Shown here piece by piece: positions 30,518 to 39,323 of a DNA stretch of 64,000 nucleotides (the stretch's first letter is position 1; each line of letters starts with the position of its first letter). The stretch lies in contig JBAZXP010000001.1 in NCBI GenBank assembly GCA_041659805.1, forward strand, positions 128,589-192,588. Direction: 5' to 3'. A program made the position numbers and the translations under genes. Origin of the DNA: Microgenomates group bacterium (lineage in GTDB: Bacteria; Patescibacteriota; Microgenomatia; Daviesbacterales; UBA10151). The notes beneath the pieces were generated by a model. That model was given only the letters and a program-made list of their open reading frames with translations, was not told where the DNA came from and did not search any database.

Positions 30518-31381
30518 ATGGAAAGATTATCTAAACGCGTTCGAAAAACCTATAATGCACAACGTCGTGCTCGCTACGAGGAAGATCTTACTGATATTCC
30601 TCTTGATTCTAATAACCCTTTAGACCGCAGGCTTCAGATAAGTAAAGAAAGCCAGCTTATTACTAACCTGCTAGTCAATCACTTAAGATCATCCGGGCTA
30701 ACTGATGATTTCAAATTACGAAGAGCATCTATCTATGGCAGAGCAATTGATCAACTTTCTCTATTAATTTTTCGAACACCTATGTTTCCCTGGCTTAAGG
30801 ATCAAGCAGATGAAGAATTATTAACTATTGCAACTACTTTAAGGAAGCTTTTTATGAGAGAGATTCCCCTAAAAATTCAACCAAATGCTACACACAATGA
30901 CGAACAGAAAATAACTTATAATGGCTACTACGCATTAACTCCTGAAACACAAAGAAGGGTTATTGTTAGCCACCAGCTTCAGGATAGTCATTCCAGAATC
31001 AATAGGGTGAGTCGAGCCAACAGTCAAATAGAAATCAAAGATATTCTTGGCAGATCTTCAAGAGGAAAAGCAATCGCAGGACAGGATACAAACTTAAGAA
31101 TTGGCCTACGCTATTCGGGCAAATTAGACAATCCCGCAATAACAGTAAGTATTGATTCTGGAGCAACCAATTTGACCACTGGTGATTTACTAAGCATACG
31201 TCCACTTTCTCAAGCAATTGAAGAAATTAATAAATCCTATTCCCCTGACACTAGCAGACCTTATACATTTCATTTTAATGATAAATTACCTGTTCATTTT
31301 TCTCCTCAACAAATAATTTCTGAGTTTTCAGATCTTAATCAGAATTTAAGCAAAGTGTTTGAAACTTTTGCTAAAAAATAA
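30518..31381 (+). CDS. Hypothetical protein
   Basis: ORF only. Confidence 0.3.
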   Translation: MERLSKRVRKTYNAQRRARYEEDLTDIPLDSNNPLDRRLQISKESQLITNLLVNHLRSSGLTDDFKLRRASIYGRAIDQLSLLIFRTPMFPWLKDQADEELLTIATTLRKLFMREIPLKIQPNATHNDEQKITYNGYYALTPETQRRVIVSHQLQDSHSRINRVSRANSQIEIKDILGRSSRGKAIAGQDTNLRIGLRYSGKLDNPAITVSIDSGATNLTTGDLLSIRPLSQAIEEINKSYSPDTSRPYTFHFNDKLPVHFSPQQIISEFSDLNQNLSKVFETFAKK

Positions 31382-31702
31382 TTATTTTACCTTTGCGCCA
31401 GGGGAAACTTTTTTAATAGGTTTAAGTAAAACAGGTTTATCATCTCCAACAGCCAAAATCATGCCGTTTGATTCCAGCCCCATCATCATTCTGGGCTCCA
31501 AATTTGTCACAAATGTTACCTGCTTACCTATTAAACTTTTTGGGGTATACCATTTTTTTATGCCTGAAAGAATTTGTCTTGGTTGCTCTTCACCAAAATC
31601 CACCTGCAATTTTAAAAGTTTATCTGAACCCTCAATCTCTTCTGCTTCCAGAATAGTTCCCACTTTCAACTCAACTTTAGAAAAATCATCAAAGGTAATC
31701 AT
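31382..31702 (-). CDS. tRNA-binding domain protein (CsaA/Myf/EMAP-like OB fold)
   Basis: [31 protein letters not shown] pattern. Confidence 0.65.
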   Translation of the reverse strand: MITFDDFSKVELKVGTILEAEEIEGSDKLLKLQVDFGEEQPRQILSGIKKWYTPKSLIGKQVTFVTNLEPRMMMGLESNGMILAVGDDKPVLLKPIKKVSPGAKVK

Positions 31703-32703
31703 TCAAAATAATCTATTTTCATTGCTTTTTTAACTTCATCTAAAGTTTTTTGGGCTTCTTTTTTAGCTTTTTCAGTTCCCTCTTTTAATATCCTTTCGAC
31801 AAGCTCAGGATCTCGCTCATATCGAGCTCGATTTTCTCTTATTGGTGCAAGGAAATTATTAAGAATTTGGACCAGATATTTTTTTACCTCAACATCCCCT
31901 ACCTGACCTGCTTTGTAATCCTCTTTGTATGTTTTTATTTGCTCCTGATCATCTTTTGTCCCAAAAGCATCAAGATAAATAAATACAGGGTTACCTTCTA
32001 CATGCCCAGGGTCTGTGGCTTTAAGCCTGGTTGGGTCTGTGTACATGCTCATAACTTTTTTCTCCACTTCATCTTCAGAATCAGAAAGAAAAATAGCATT
32101 ATTTAAGGACTTGCTCATCTTGGCGTCCCCATCTGTTCCAACAAGCCTGGGGAATGATCCAACTAAACCTTTGGGTTCATGTAAAACATTGCCATAAAGA
32201 GTATTAAATTTTCTGGCAATTTCTCTGGTTTGCTCAATCATTGGTAACTGATCTTCTCCAACAGGCACTAAATCAGCATTAACACATGTAATATCAGCAG
32301 CTTGGGAAACAGGATAGGCCAAAAATCCTAAAGTTAAATTTTCTCCATATCCTTTTTGCTTTATTTCATCTTTTACTGTTGGATTCCTCTGTAACCTGGC
32401 CATAGTCACTAAATTCATATAAAAAATAGTTAATTCTGCAATTTGAGGAATCATACTTTGAATAAAAATAGTGGTTTTTTTAGGATCAATTCCCACTGAT
32501 AAATAATCTAAGGTTACTTCTTTGATATTATCCCGAACTTTCTGCGGATTTTCGAAATTATCAGTCAGAGCCTGAACATCAGCAATCATCACAAATTGTT
32601 CAAATTCATCCTGTAATTTCACACGGTTAGCCAAGGACCCGACATAATGGCCCAAATGTAACTTCCCTGTAGGTCTATCCCCTGTTAATATCCTTTTTTT
32701 CAT
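31699..32703 (-). CDS. trpS: Tryptophan--tRNA ligase
   Basis: HIGH motif HLGHY and KMSKS; ~334 aa class-I Trp/Tyr-type. Confidence 0.85.
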   Translation of the reverse strand: MKKRILTGDRPTGKLHLGHYVGSLANRVKLQDEFEQFVMIADVQALTDNFENPQKVRDNIKEVTLDYLSVGIDPKKTTIFIQSMIPQIAELTIFYMNLVTMARLQRNPTVKDEIKQKGYGENLTLGFLAYPVSQAADITCVNADLVPVGEDQLPMIEQTREIARKFNTLYGNVLHEPKGLVGSFPRLVGTDGDAKMSKSLNNAIFLSDSEDEVEKKVMSMYTDPTRLKATDPGHVEGNPVFIYLDAFGTKDDQEQIKTYKEDYKAGQVGDVEVKKYLVQILNNFLAPIRENRARYERDPELVERILKEGTEKAKKEAQKTLDEVKKAMKIDYFE

Positions 32704-32713
32704 AGTTTCTCCC

Positions 32714-33482
32714 TTAATTTAACAATTTCCTTCCAAAATAGCTAGTCTTTCCTCCTCTTTTTTTCTCATAATTAAATTTTAGTAAAGCGTTGGCTAAAAT
32801 ATTTAAAGAATCAAAAACCGGAATATTAAATCTTTTTGGAAAAATCAGAGGCAGTTCTGTACAGCCCAAGATAATTCCTTCTGCTCCCCTGTTTTGTAAA
32901 GACTCAGTAATTTTAATTAATTTTCTTTTATCCTCACGGATACTTTTTCCGGCAATAATGTTTCTGATAATATCTTCCAAAATTTTCATTTCTTTATTTG
33001 ACGGTTTAATAATTATAAACTCTCCTTTCCGGCCAAACTAACCTTTCCCGGGCTAGTGCCTGTTGAAATAAACCTGATTTAAATGTTGTAGGTGAGGCTA
33101 AAAGCCCTACTTTTCTAATCCCACTGCCTTTAATCTCTCTAGCTATTTCATCAATCATAGAAATAAACAGTACTTTTGAAACATCTTGAAGCTGGCTAAG
33201 TAAAAGGTGGGCGGTGTTGCAAGATATAGATAATATATTAACTCCCATTTTATTCATTTTTCTAACCCGATCTTTTAATATTTTTAAAGCGATTTTTTTA
33301 TTTTTTTCATTCGCAATAAAATCCGGAATTGGGACAGAATCAAGCACTATTTCAGGAAAATCATCGCAATTTACAGCCCCAAATTCTTTGGCTGATAAAT
33401 CCACCAAAAGCTTGACCAAATGCACAGATGCTTGTGGTCCCATTCCTCCTAATATTCCTATAATTTTCTTTTGTTTTTTCAT
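32714..33482 (-). pseudogene. Aspartate/glutamate racemase-family gene split into two ORFs (frameshift near 32990-33010)
   Basis: N-terminal ORF has GILGGMGP and CNTAH; C-terminal ORF has ILGCTELPL; the two are separated by 16 nt in different frames. Confidence 0.5.
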
Positions 33483-33497
33483 AATTTTAGTTTCTAA

Positions 33498-33568
33498 AAT
33501 TTCAAGCTTTGCTTATAATTATTTTCCCTTTTTTCATAATTTCTTAATTTCAAGCTTTGCTTATAATT
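33498..33568. repeat. Perfect 23-bp direct repeat AATTTCAAGCTTTGCTTATAATT, two copies (48-bp period)
   Basis: Read directly from the sequence; contains TATAAT. Confidence 0.6.
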
Positions 33569-33575
33569 TTTGTAC

Positions 33576-33600
33576 AAAAAAATCGCCCTGCCGGCGACTT
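33576..33600 (-). terminator. Rho-independent terminator downstream of 33686..33934
   Basis: TCGCC…GGCGA hairpin followed by T7 on the minus strand. Confidence 0.5.
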
Positions 33601-33685
33601 GGAAAAAGCACAAAAACGCCAACAGGTTTAGTTGTTAATGTTTTGCCAATATTGAATTTCAGAATTTAATAATTCCATATATGTA

Positions 33686-33934
33686 TTATATCACTTTTTC
33701 CTCTAAAACAGGATTAAATTCCATAATTCCAATTTTCCCTGTAACAAAAGCTCTTTTAGAAACTGTTAATATTCTGGAGGGAGCCTCAATCTCCATTAAT
33801 ACTACATCTCTAGATCTTATTTCCTTAAGAAGCACAGGATAAGTTTCCAACACTTTTCCGCCCGCCAAAATAGAGGCTTCAAATTTTTGCCCTTCTTCAA
33901 TACTAAATTTTGGCGTTTCAATTCTTCTGTCCAT
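33686..33934 (-). CDS. Small hypothetical protein
   Basis: ORF only. Confidence 0.3.
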   Translation of the reverse strand: MDRRIETPKFSIEEGQKFEASILAGGKVLETYPVLLKEIRSRDVVLMEIEAPSRILTVSKRAFVTGKIGIMEFNPVLEEKVI

Positions 33935-34020
33935 AAAAAATCCCCAAAAAAAAGACCTTTCGGCTCTTTGGGATAAAAGTATTATAGTAAATTAGCTTTT
34001 TATAGTCAAATTAATAATAT

Positions 34021-34154
34021 AGTAGCAGGAGTGGGGATAAGAAAATCTTGCGACCTACGGTCTTCGAACCTGCTTCTCCACTGTGTGGAGCGCATATTTC
34101 TCCCCAATTACCCCTCAAAACAAAAAATCCCGCATGAAGCGGGACCTTTTGTTT
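34021..34154 (-). repeat. tRNA-Met trailer element A: terminator hairpin + conserved 29-nt motif + 17-nt exact copy of the tRNA-Met 3' end
   Basis: GTAGCAGGAGTGGGGAT at 34022-34038 is identical to 34157-34173; motif GCGCTCCACACAGTGGAGAAGCAGGTTCG (rc of 34064-34092) is 26/29 identical to element B. Confidence 0.6.
34114..34146 (-). terminator. Bidirectional intrinsic terminator after tRNA-Met
   Basis: CCCGC-ATGAA-GCGGG hairpin flanked by A/T runs. Confidence 0.55.
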
Positions 34155-34231
34155 TGGTAGCAGGAGTGGGGATCGAACCCACGACCTCGGCGTTATGAGT
34201 GCCGTGCTCTAACCAGCTGAGCTACCCTGCC
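34155..34231 (-). tRNA. tRNA-Met (anticodon CAT; elongator Met or Ile2-type)
   Basis: Manual cloverleaf: GGCAGGG-TA-GCTC-AGCTGGTTA-GAGC…CTCATAA…GTGGG-TTCGATC-CCCAC-TCCTGCT-A-CCA. Confidence 0.75.
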
Positions 34232-34358
34232 TTGTGCCACCGCTGAAGCTTTAGCAACACGCGGTCGCAAGAAGTTTGCTTCGGCAGGCAAGCCTGCTTG
34301 ACGGAACTTCTTATGGCTAATTCTAACAAATTATAGGGAAATTAGAAAGTTTTCAAAC

Positions 34359-34631
34359 TTAAACTTTAAATTGAACCTGAAGAGAGAGATTCAAGGCTAC
34401 AGCTAAGCGTTTTAAAAAAGAAAGCGAAGGTGTGGTTTTTGCATTTTCAACACGGGAAATAACAGATTGTTTAGTATGTAGTTTCTTTGCTAAATCTTGT
34501 TGACTTAAACCCTGGTTTATTCTGGCATCAATAATAGCTTTGGCAATTTGAAACTCAAGCTCATTTTTCTTGAGAGCTTTTTGTACTTCAGGGTCTTTTA
34601 ATAATTGTGCTTTATGTGTTTTCCAGTCCAT
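34359..34631 (-). CDS. HTH-XRE antitoxin (HigA-like)
   Basis: LSQQDLAKKLHTKQSVISRVENAK helix-turn-helix; immediately downstream of the toxin gene. Confidence 0.6.
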   Translation of the reverse strand: MDWKTHKAQLLKDPEVQKALKKNELEFQIAKAIIDARINQGLSQQDLAKKLHTKQSVISRVENAKTTPSLSFLKRLAVALNLSLQVQFKV

Positions 34632-34680
34632 ATATTAGTATAATATCACATTTTTGCTATAATTACAAACTTTATTTCAA

Positions 34681-35031
34681 TTACCTGGATTTATATTCTT
34701 TTAGTCTTACTAATGCTATGTCGACTTCCCTTTTATCTGTTTTCTGCTTTTTCTTATTAAATCCATGCAGTAATAAAAAGTTTTTCCCGGAAATAGCGAT
34801 ATACAAAATCCTTATATTATCTTGTCCAAGTATTCGAAGTTCCCATAAATCTGTACCAGTTAATTTTTTAGCATGAGGTGGACCAAGCCTAATTCCATAA
34901 CTTTCTAATAAATTAATGGTATTAATTACTTTGTATTTAGCATTTGCATCTAAATTGTTAATGAAATCATATACAGGAGGTGTGCTTTGTTGGGGTGCCT
35001 GATAATATCGGATATTCCACCCCTCATCCAT
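34681..35031 (-). CDS. RelE/ParE-superfamily toxin (HigB / phage Gp49-like)
   Basis: YDFINNLD…KYKVINTINLLESYG…LGPPHAKKLTGTDLWELRI…RILY pattern; toxin-first operon with the HTH antitoxin. Confidence 0.55.
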   Translation of the reverse strand: MDEGWNIRYYQAPQQSTPPVYDFINNLDANAKYKVINTINLLESYGIRLGPPHAKKLTGTDLWELRILGQDNIRILYIAISGKNFLLLHGFNKKKQKTDKREVDIALVRLKEYKSR

Positions 35032-35064
35032 ATCTAAATTATATCATTAGAAAGTTTTATAAAA

Positions 35065-35676
35065 TTACAGAATATTCCTTGGATCTAAAGCTCTTTTCAT
35101 CCGAAGACGTCCTTTTCTGTCTTCTTTCCCTATCCTTTCAAGCTCTAATTCTTCCTTTATTTCTGAATCAGACATTTTAAAAGATTCCATAACCACTGAC
35201 ATAAATTCATCAGATGGGTTTTCTTTACTAGCAATATGTAAAAAATCGGTTCTTTTTCTTGTTCCACGTCCATCCAAACGGATTTCTTCCATCATATCCT
35301 CCCATGATAATCTGACTAAATTTTTATCCGGAGTCTCAGGAGCAAGTTTGGTAATTTTTACAAAAAACACCCCACTACCATTGCAATCAGAACCAAGAGA
35401 AATAAAGTATCTGGGATTATAACCTTCCCCTATATCTAAGGGGTTGGAGAGTAAAAAAGCTCCACCTTCTTTTAATTGATCCACTCTTTGCAATGAAACT
35501 TTACGCAAATGAGCATACTCAGGATCCCCCCACTTTTCTTCTCTGGTTTTCTCAAGAAACCATCCTTGATCAATCGTCCAACCTCTTTTCTCAACCAAAC
35601 CATTTAATATACCAGTGATTTCACCAATTTCTAATTTCTTTGCTAAACAATCATTAACTCTTGTTTCACTTGCCAT
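35065..35676 (-). CDS. Hypothetical protein
   Basis: ORF only. Confidence 0.3.
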   Translation of the reverse strand: MASETRVNDCLAKKLEIGEITGILNGLVEKRGWTIDQGWFLEKTREEKWGDPEYAHLRKVSLQRVDQLKEGGAFLLSNPLDIGEGYNPRYFISLGSDCNGSGVFFVKITKLAPETPDKNLVRLSWEDMMEEIRLDGRGTRKRTDFLHIASKENPSDEFMSVVMESFKMSDSEIKEELELERIGKEDRKGRLRMKRALDPRNIL

Positions 35677-35765
35677 CTTGAGGATATTATTACTTTCTAT
35701 AGTAAAAATTGCAAGTTTTAGAACTCCAAGCTTCCAATTTGAGGCACAAAAGTGTATAATAGCTT

Positions 35766-35837
35766 CGCGGGGTAGAGCAGTGGTAGCTCGTGAGGCTCAT
35801 AATCTCAAGGTCCCAGGTTCGAATCCTGGCCCCGCAA
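35766..35837 (+). tRNA. tRNA-Met (anticodon CAT), initiator-like (C1:A72 mismatch), CCA not encoded
   Basis: CGCGGGG-T-AGAGC…CTCATAA…CCAGG-TTCGAAT-CCTGG-CCCCGCA-A. Confidence 0.75.
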
Positions 35838-35980
35838 CTTAGAACAGAAACCGTCCCTTGTGGGCGGTTTTTTGTTCAAAATGCGGACCGTAGGACAGAG
35901 AATCCGCGCTCCACGCAGTGGTGAAGCGGGTTCGGCAATCCACCACTGGTGGATTGGGCGTGTTATCCTGGCCCCGCAAC
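35838..35980 (+). repeat. tRNA trailer element B: terminator + conserved 29-nt motif + 16-nt exact copy of the tRNA 3' end
   Basis: ATCCTGGCCCCGCAAC at 35965-35980 is identical to 35823-35838; motif GCGCTCCACGCAGTGGTGAAGCGGGTTCG at 35905-35933. Confidence 0.6.
35850..35876 (+). terminator. Intrinsic terminator after the second tRNA(CAT)
   Basis: CCGTCCC-TTG-TGGGCGG hairpin + TTTTTTGTT. Confidence 0.5.
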
Positions 35981-36040
35981 ACAATTCCTATCCCATAACA
36001 GTTGACTTTTAATTTAACAATTCCTATAATCCCCTCAACT

Positions 36041-36631
36041 ATGGCAAAAGAACAAAAATTAGAAACTCAACAGGATTATTGGAAAGCAATTGAAGGACTT
36101 GGTGGCTTTGTTTGGCAACTTAATCATGATCTGGCTGATGGCCGAATCGAAGACCCTCAAGGCACAACTTCAAAAGGTATTTTTGATATGCAGCAAAGAT
36201 TAGAAGGTATTGTTGCAGAACTATGTGATAAATATAATATTATTTCACCCAAAGAATCTACCAGAGTTGATTTTTATACACCTCTTCCTCCTGCGCCAGT
36301 TGGTAAAACTTATTACTGGGAGTGGTATAAAGAACAAAAAACCAGTTACTACACCCAAAGGTACAACGAATTAATTTGTTCCTCTTGCCCAATCGCCAGA
36401 GATATAGAAAGTTACCTCTCGGGCGGATATTCTGATCCCTGTACAAAATATATAGGCAATATATACAACGGCCGCACACCAAAATATGAATGTGCCATGA
36501 CTATTTTAGGAGACTGGAGCAGAGACTGGTTGGAAAGAAATATATCGGCAGAGGGTGGCCCTGAAGCTTTAGAAAAATTTGTAGCCAAAGAGACAGAACT
36601 TAAATCACAATATCCCCAGGAAGCACAATAA
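36041..36631 (+). CDS. Hypothetical Cys-containing protein
   Basis: ORF only; CxxC…C…C pattern. Confidence 0.3.
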   Translation: MAKEQKLETQQDYWKAIEGLGGFVWQLNHDLADGRIEDPQGTTSKGIFDMQQRLEGIVAELCDKYNIISPKESTRVDFYTPLPPAPVGKTYYWEWYKEQKTSYYTQRYNELICSSCPIARDIESYLSGGYSDPCTKYIGNIYNGRTPKYECAMTILGDWSRDWLERNISAEGGPEALEKFVAKETELKSQYPQEAQ

Positions 36632-36632
36632 A

Positions 36633-37436
36633 TTAAGTTAAAAGTTCAATTGAAACAGGAAATTCTGTAAAAACTGAAGTCCATTCACCTTTTAAACGAC
36701 CAAGTGAATCTTTCCACCGAGGAATATCTATTTTAGAAGGTACCAGAATCTCTTTTTGGATGTGTCCTGTTTGTGTCTTTTGTGAGAATAAAACATTTTC
36801 CCCGTTATCTATAATTGAATATAAAAGTTCACCTGCTATCATCTCCTGACCGTCTAACAAGTTCTGTTCTTCCGGTAATTTTTCTTTTCCTTTTGCAAAA
36901 TAATCATATGTATACTCAAAAATATCCCTGACCTTATAGATAAACCATCTTTCTTGATCAATCCTTTTAAAGCAAACCAAAGGGTTATTGGGTTCTTCTT
37001 CCGGTGTAATTAGCCCTGCACCTCTAACTGCCTGTAATGTTCCATCCTGACCATACCAAAAACAACCATATTGTACGTTAAAAGATAATCTACCATCTAG
37101 TCGTTCAAAGACAGAAGAAAGATTAATAACAGCGGGATATTCTTTTTCCTTTTCCGCTTTTGTGCGTTCCAATGGCAAACCCAATCCAAATGGTTTCACC
37201 CAGTAATTATGATCATAATGCAAACAAATCCCCGGATCTAAACAGACAACAATATTATTGGCATAATGTAAGGCACCTGTTTCTTTTTTTCTGGATATTC
37301 GAGCATCAGCCCAATTATATTCTTCAAAAACAACTCTTTCCCCGCTATTATCGGTGTCTCCCATCTCAAAAGGCAACCCATCAATAATCTCCTTCGGAAT
37401 AAGTGATTGCGTTGAAAAGCTAACTCTTTCTGCCAT
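36633..37436 (-). CDS. Hypothetical protein
   Basis: ORF only. Confidence 0.3.
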   Translation of the reverse strand: MAERVSFSTQSLIPKEIIDGLPFEMGDTDNSGERVVFEEYNWADARISRKKETGALHYANNIVVCLDPGICLHYDHNYWVKPFGLGLPLERTKAEKEKEYPAVINLSSVFERLDGRLSFNVQYGCFWYGQDGTLQAVRGAGLITPEEEPNNPLVCFKRIDQERWFIYKVRDIFEYTYDYFAKGKEKLPEEQNLLDGQEMIAGELLYSIIDNGENVLFSQKTQTGHIQKEILVPSKIDIPRWKDSLGRLKGEWTSVFTEFPVSIELLT

Positions 37437-37452
37437 AATGGCAGATTATACA

Positions 37453-37806
37453 CTATTTCCAAAACAGATTTAACCAGCCTTGATAGTTTGGAATAATTTC
37501 TTCTTTTTTCTCCAGCATTGTGCCTAAGACTTTATTTATCTCATCCTGGGAAATAATTACCACAGTTTCTTTTCCCCTGCTAAAATTAAGCCTGTCTCTG
37601 GCCTGAGATTCTATAAATTCATTACTATTTACCTGCTGTAGCTTTGTTTTTAGCTCAGCATTTTGCTTTTGTAGGCTCAGAAGCTTTTCTGTTTCTGTTT
37701 CTAATCTACCTCCTGCCTGCAGTGAATCTATCACCTGACTAATAAGGCTATAACAAATAACTATAACAAATATAAACCCGGCTATATAAGCTAATTTCCT
37801 ATACAT
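37453..37806 (-). CDS. Septum formation initiator FtsB/DivIC-like
   Basis: N-terminal TM, coiled coil, and ESQARDRLNFSRGKETVV C-terminal motif. Confidence 0.55.
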   Translation of the reverse strand: MYRKLAYIAGFIFVIVICYSLISQVIDSLQAGGRLETETEKLLSLQKQNAELKTKLQQVNSNEFIESQARDRLNFSRGKETVVIISQDEINKVLGTMLEKKEEIIPNYQGWLNLFWK

Positions 37807-37853
37807 AGTTTTTATGCTGCATATTTACATTTATCCTATAATGTGGTAAGATC

Positions 37854-38744
37854 TTGAGATCAAACTCAAATATGGATACTACTTTAACTGATGCACGAGA
37901 ACAATTTATCGCTTTTCTAAAAGAAAAAAGCCGCTCTTCCAGTACTATTTTAGCTTATGGGAAAGACATTGAGCAACTTGTCGACTATCTTAAGGCACAA
38001 GATGTTGTTACTCCAAACCAAATTAAAGCTGAATCTTTACAATCTTTCATGCAAAAACTAGCTAATGAAAGCTACACACCTAAATCAATCTCCAGAAAAA
38101 CTAATTCTACTAAAACATTTTTTAAATTCTTAAAAAATAACAGCTTAATTGATTTAGACCCTGCATCTAGCCTGGAACACCCATCTTTTGAAACAAAACC
38201 ACCAAGAATCCTTTCTAAAATGGAATACCGGGCCCTCAGAGATGCTGCCAGAGGAGACATTAGAATGTCTGCTATCATCGAGTTATTGCTCCAAAGTGGA
38301 ATCAGAATTGGAGAACTGGCTAAAGTTACCATTGAAGATGTCAGACTTGAAGCAGAAAATCCAAATATTTATGTAAGAATCGAAGAAGGATCAACAGAAA
38401 GAACCATTCCTTTAACAAAATCTTCTATTGAGGCTATCAAAAAATACCTGGAAATCAGACCAAAATCACAAAGCAAAGCCTTATTTATCACTAAAACAGG
38501 CAGACCATTACTTGTTAGAAACATCAGAACAGCCATTGATAGATATTTTAGATTAGCTGGTATTAAAGGAGCTAAGGTTAATGATTTAAGACACACCTGG
38601 GTCACCCATCAATTAGCTTCAGGATTATCTTTAACTGTTATTTCTAAATTAGCAGGACATAAAAGAGTTTCTACCACAGAAAAATATCTCCAGTATGTTC
38701 CAGCCAGAACCTCAGAAGATAAGATAAAACTCGAAGAGCTTTAA
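37854..38744 (+). CDS. Tyrosine site-specific recombinase (XerC/XerD/phage-integrase family)
   Basis: Catalytic region LRHTWVTH…GHKRVSTTEKYLQY. Confidence 0.8.
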   Translation: MRSNSNMDTTLTDAREQFIAFLKEKSRSSSTILAYGKDIEQLVDYLKAQDVVTPNQIKAESLQSFMQKLANESYTPKSISRKTNSTKTFFKFLKNNSLIDLDPASSLEHPSFETKPPRILSKMEYRALRDAARGDIRMSAIIELLLQSGIRIGELAKVTIEDVRLEAENPNIYVRIEEGSTERTIPLTKSSIEAIKKYLEIRPKSQSKALFITKTGRPLLVRNIRTAIDRYFRLAGIKGAKVNDLRHTWVTHQLASGLSLTVISKLAGHKRVSTTEKYLQYVPARTSEDKIKLEEL

Positions 38745-38905
38745 ACCTTAATTAAACTCCATGCGTCAAACAGCCCGCTTAGGTGAGAATGCAAGCGATA
38801 TAGCATGGCTGGTTGCATTAGGAAGAATCGGTATTAGCGAAAAGACAATTTTAACTGTTTGGGATACCAAGGAAGAAGAAAGCAGAAAATCGAAAAATTC
38901 CGACA

Positions 38906-39023
38906 TCTCTTAAATGGTGAAGCCGGGAGGACAACACACTTCCGCCTTCGGCGGATCCGAACCTCCAACCAGATGTTACATCTCAATCAAAAATTTGAGT
39001 GGAACTGTAGGACTTGAACAGTG
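38906..39023 (-). other. Structured GC-rich trailer downstream of tRNA-Ile (possible third, diverged copy of the tRNA-trailer element); not a tRNA
   Basis: Contains GGAGG-TTCGGATCCGCCGAAGGCGG…-CCTCCCGGCTTCACCA; the 3' part resembles the tRNA-Ile 3' end (TCCTTCCGGGCC). Confidence 0.3.
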
Positions 39024-39095
39024 TAGGCCCGGAAGGAGTTGAACCCTCGTCACGACTGTATAAGAATCGGGTATTAACCGTTATACGACGGGCCT
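39024..39095 (-). tRNA. tRNA-Ile (anticodon TAT / UAU)
   Basis: AGGCCCG-TC-GTAT-AACGGTTA-ATAC-C-CGATT-CTTATAC-AGTCG…GAGGG-TTCAACT-CCTTC-CGGGCCT-A. Confidence 0.65.
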
Positions 39096-39119
39096 AGGTG
39101 CTAATTATATCAAAAAAGA

Positions 39120-39323
39120 CTATTTTAGGAGTGAGGAGATTAAAATTGTGATAGTAATTGAGATTACGATAGTTGATAAAACTGGGATGTAAAATTTCAT
39201 TCCAATTTTATCTATATAAATATCCCCCCACATATGAAACGGAGCCTTGGTAATAAAATTAAAAAGGAGTGTTTCTAAAGTCCAAACAAGCGCTGTAATT
39301 GTCATAATCCTGTTAAAATCCAT
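39120..39323 (-). CDS. Small membrane protein (last gene of the ATPase operon)
   Basis: Two TM helices; start overlaps the stop of the upstream ATPase. Confidence 0.3.
   Translation of the reverse strand: MDFNRIMTITALVWTLETLLFNFITKAPFHMWGDIYIDKIGMKFYIPVLSTIVISITITILISSLLK

Noticed and set aside
34021-34100. Possible second tRNA gene downstream of tRNA-Met (shares the 3' end CCCCACTCCTGCTAC)
   Set aside because: No complementary T-stem 5' strand and no D or anticodon arms could be drawn. It is a partial 3'-end duplicate embedded in the trailer element, not a tRNA.
35615-35842. 75-aa plus-strand ORF
   Set aside because: It overlaps the tRNA(CAU) gene at 35766-35837. This is an artefact of the tRNA's GC-rich sequence.
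38906-38962. SRP (4.5S) RNA or a type-II tRNA in the GC-rich block after tRNA-Ile
   Set aside because: No GGAA/GNRA tetraloop plus AGCAGC domain-IV motif. No canonical T-arm adjacent to an acceptor 3' strand. Kept only as an unassigned structured trailer.
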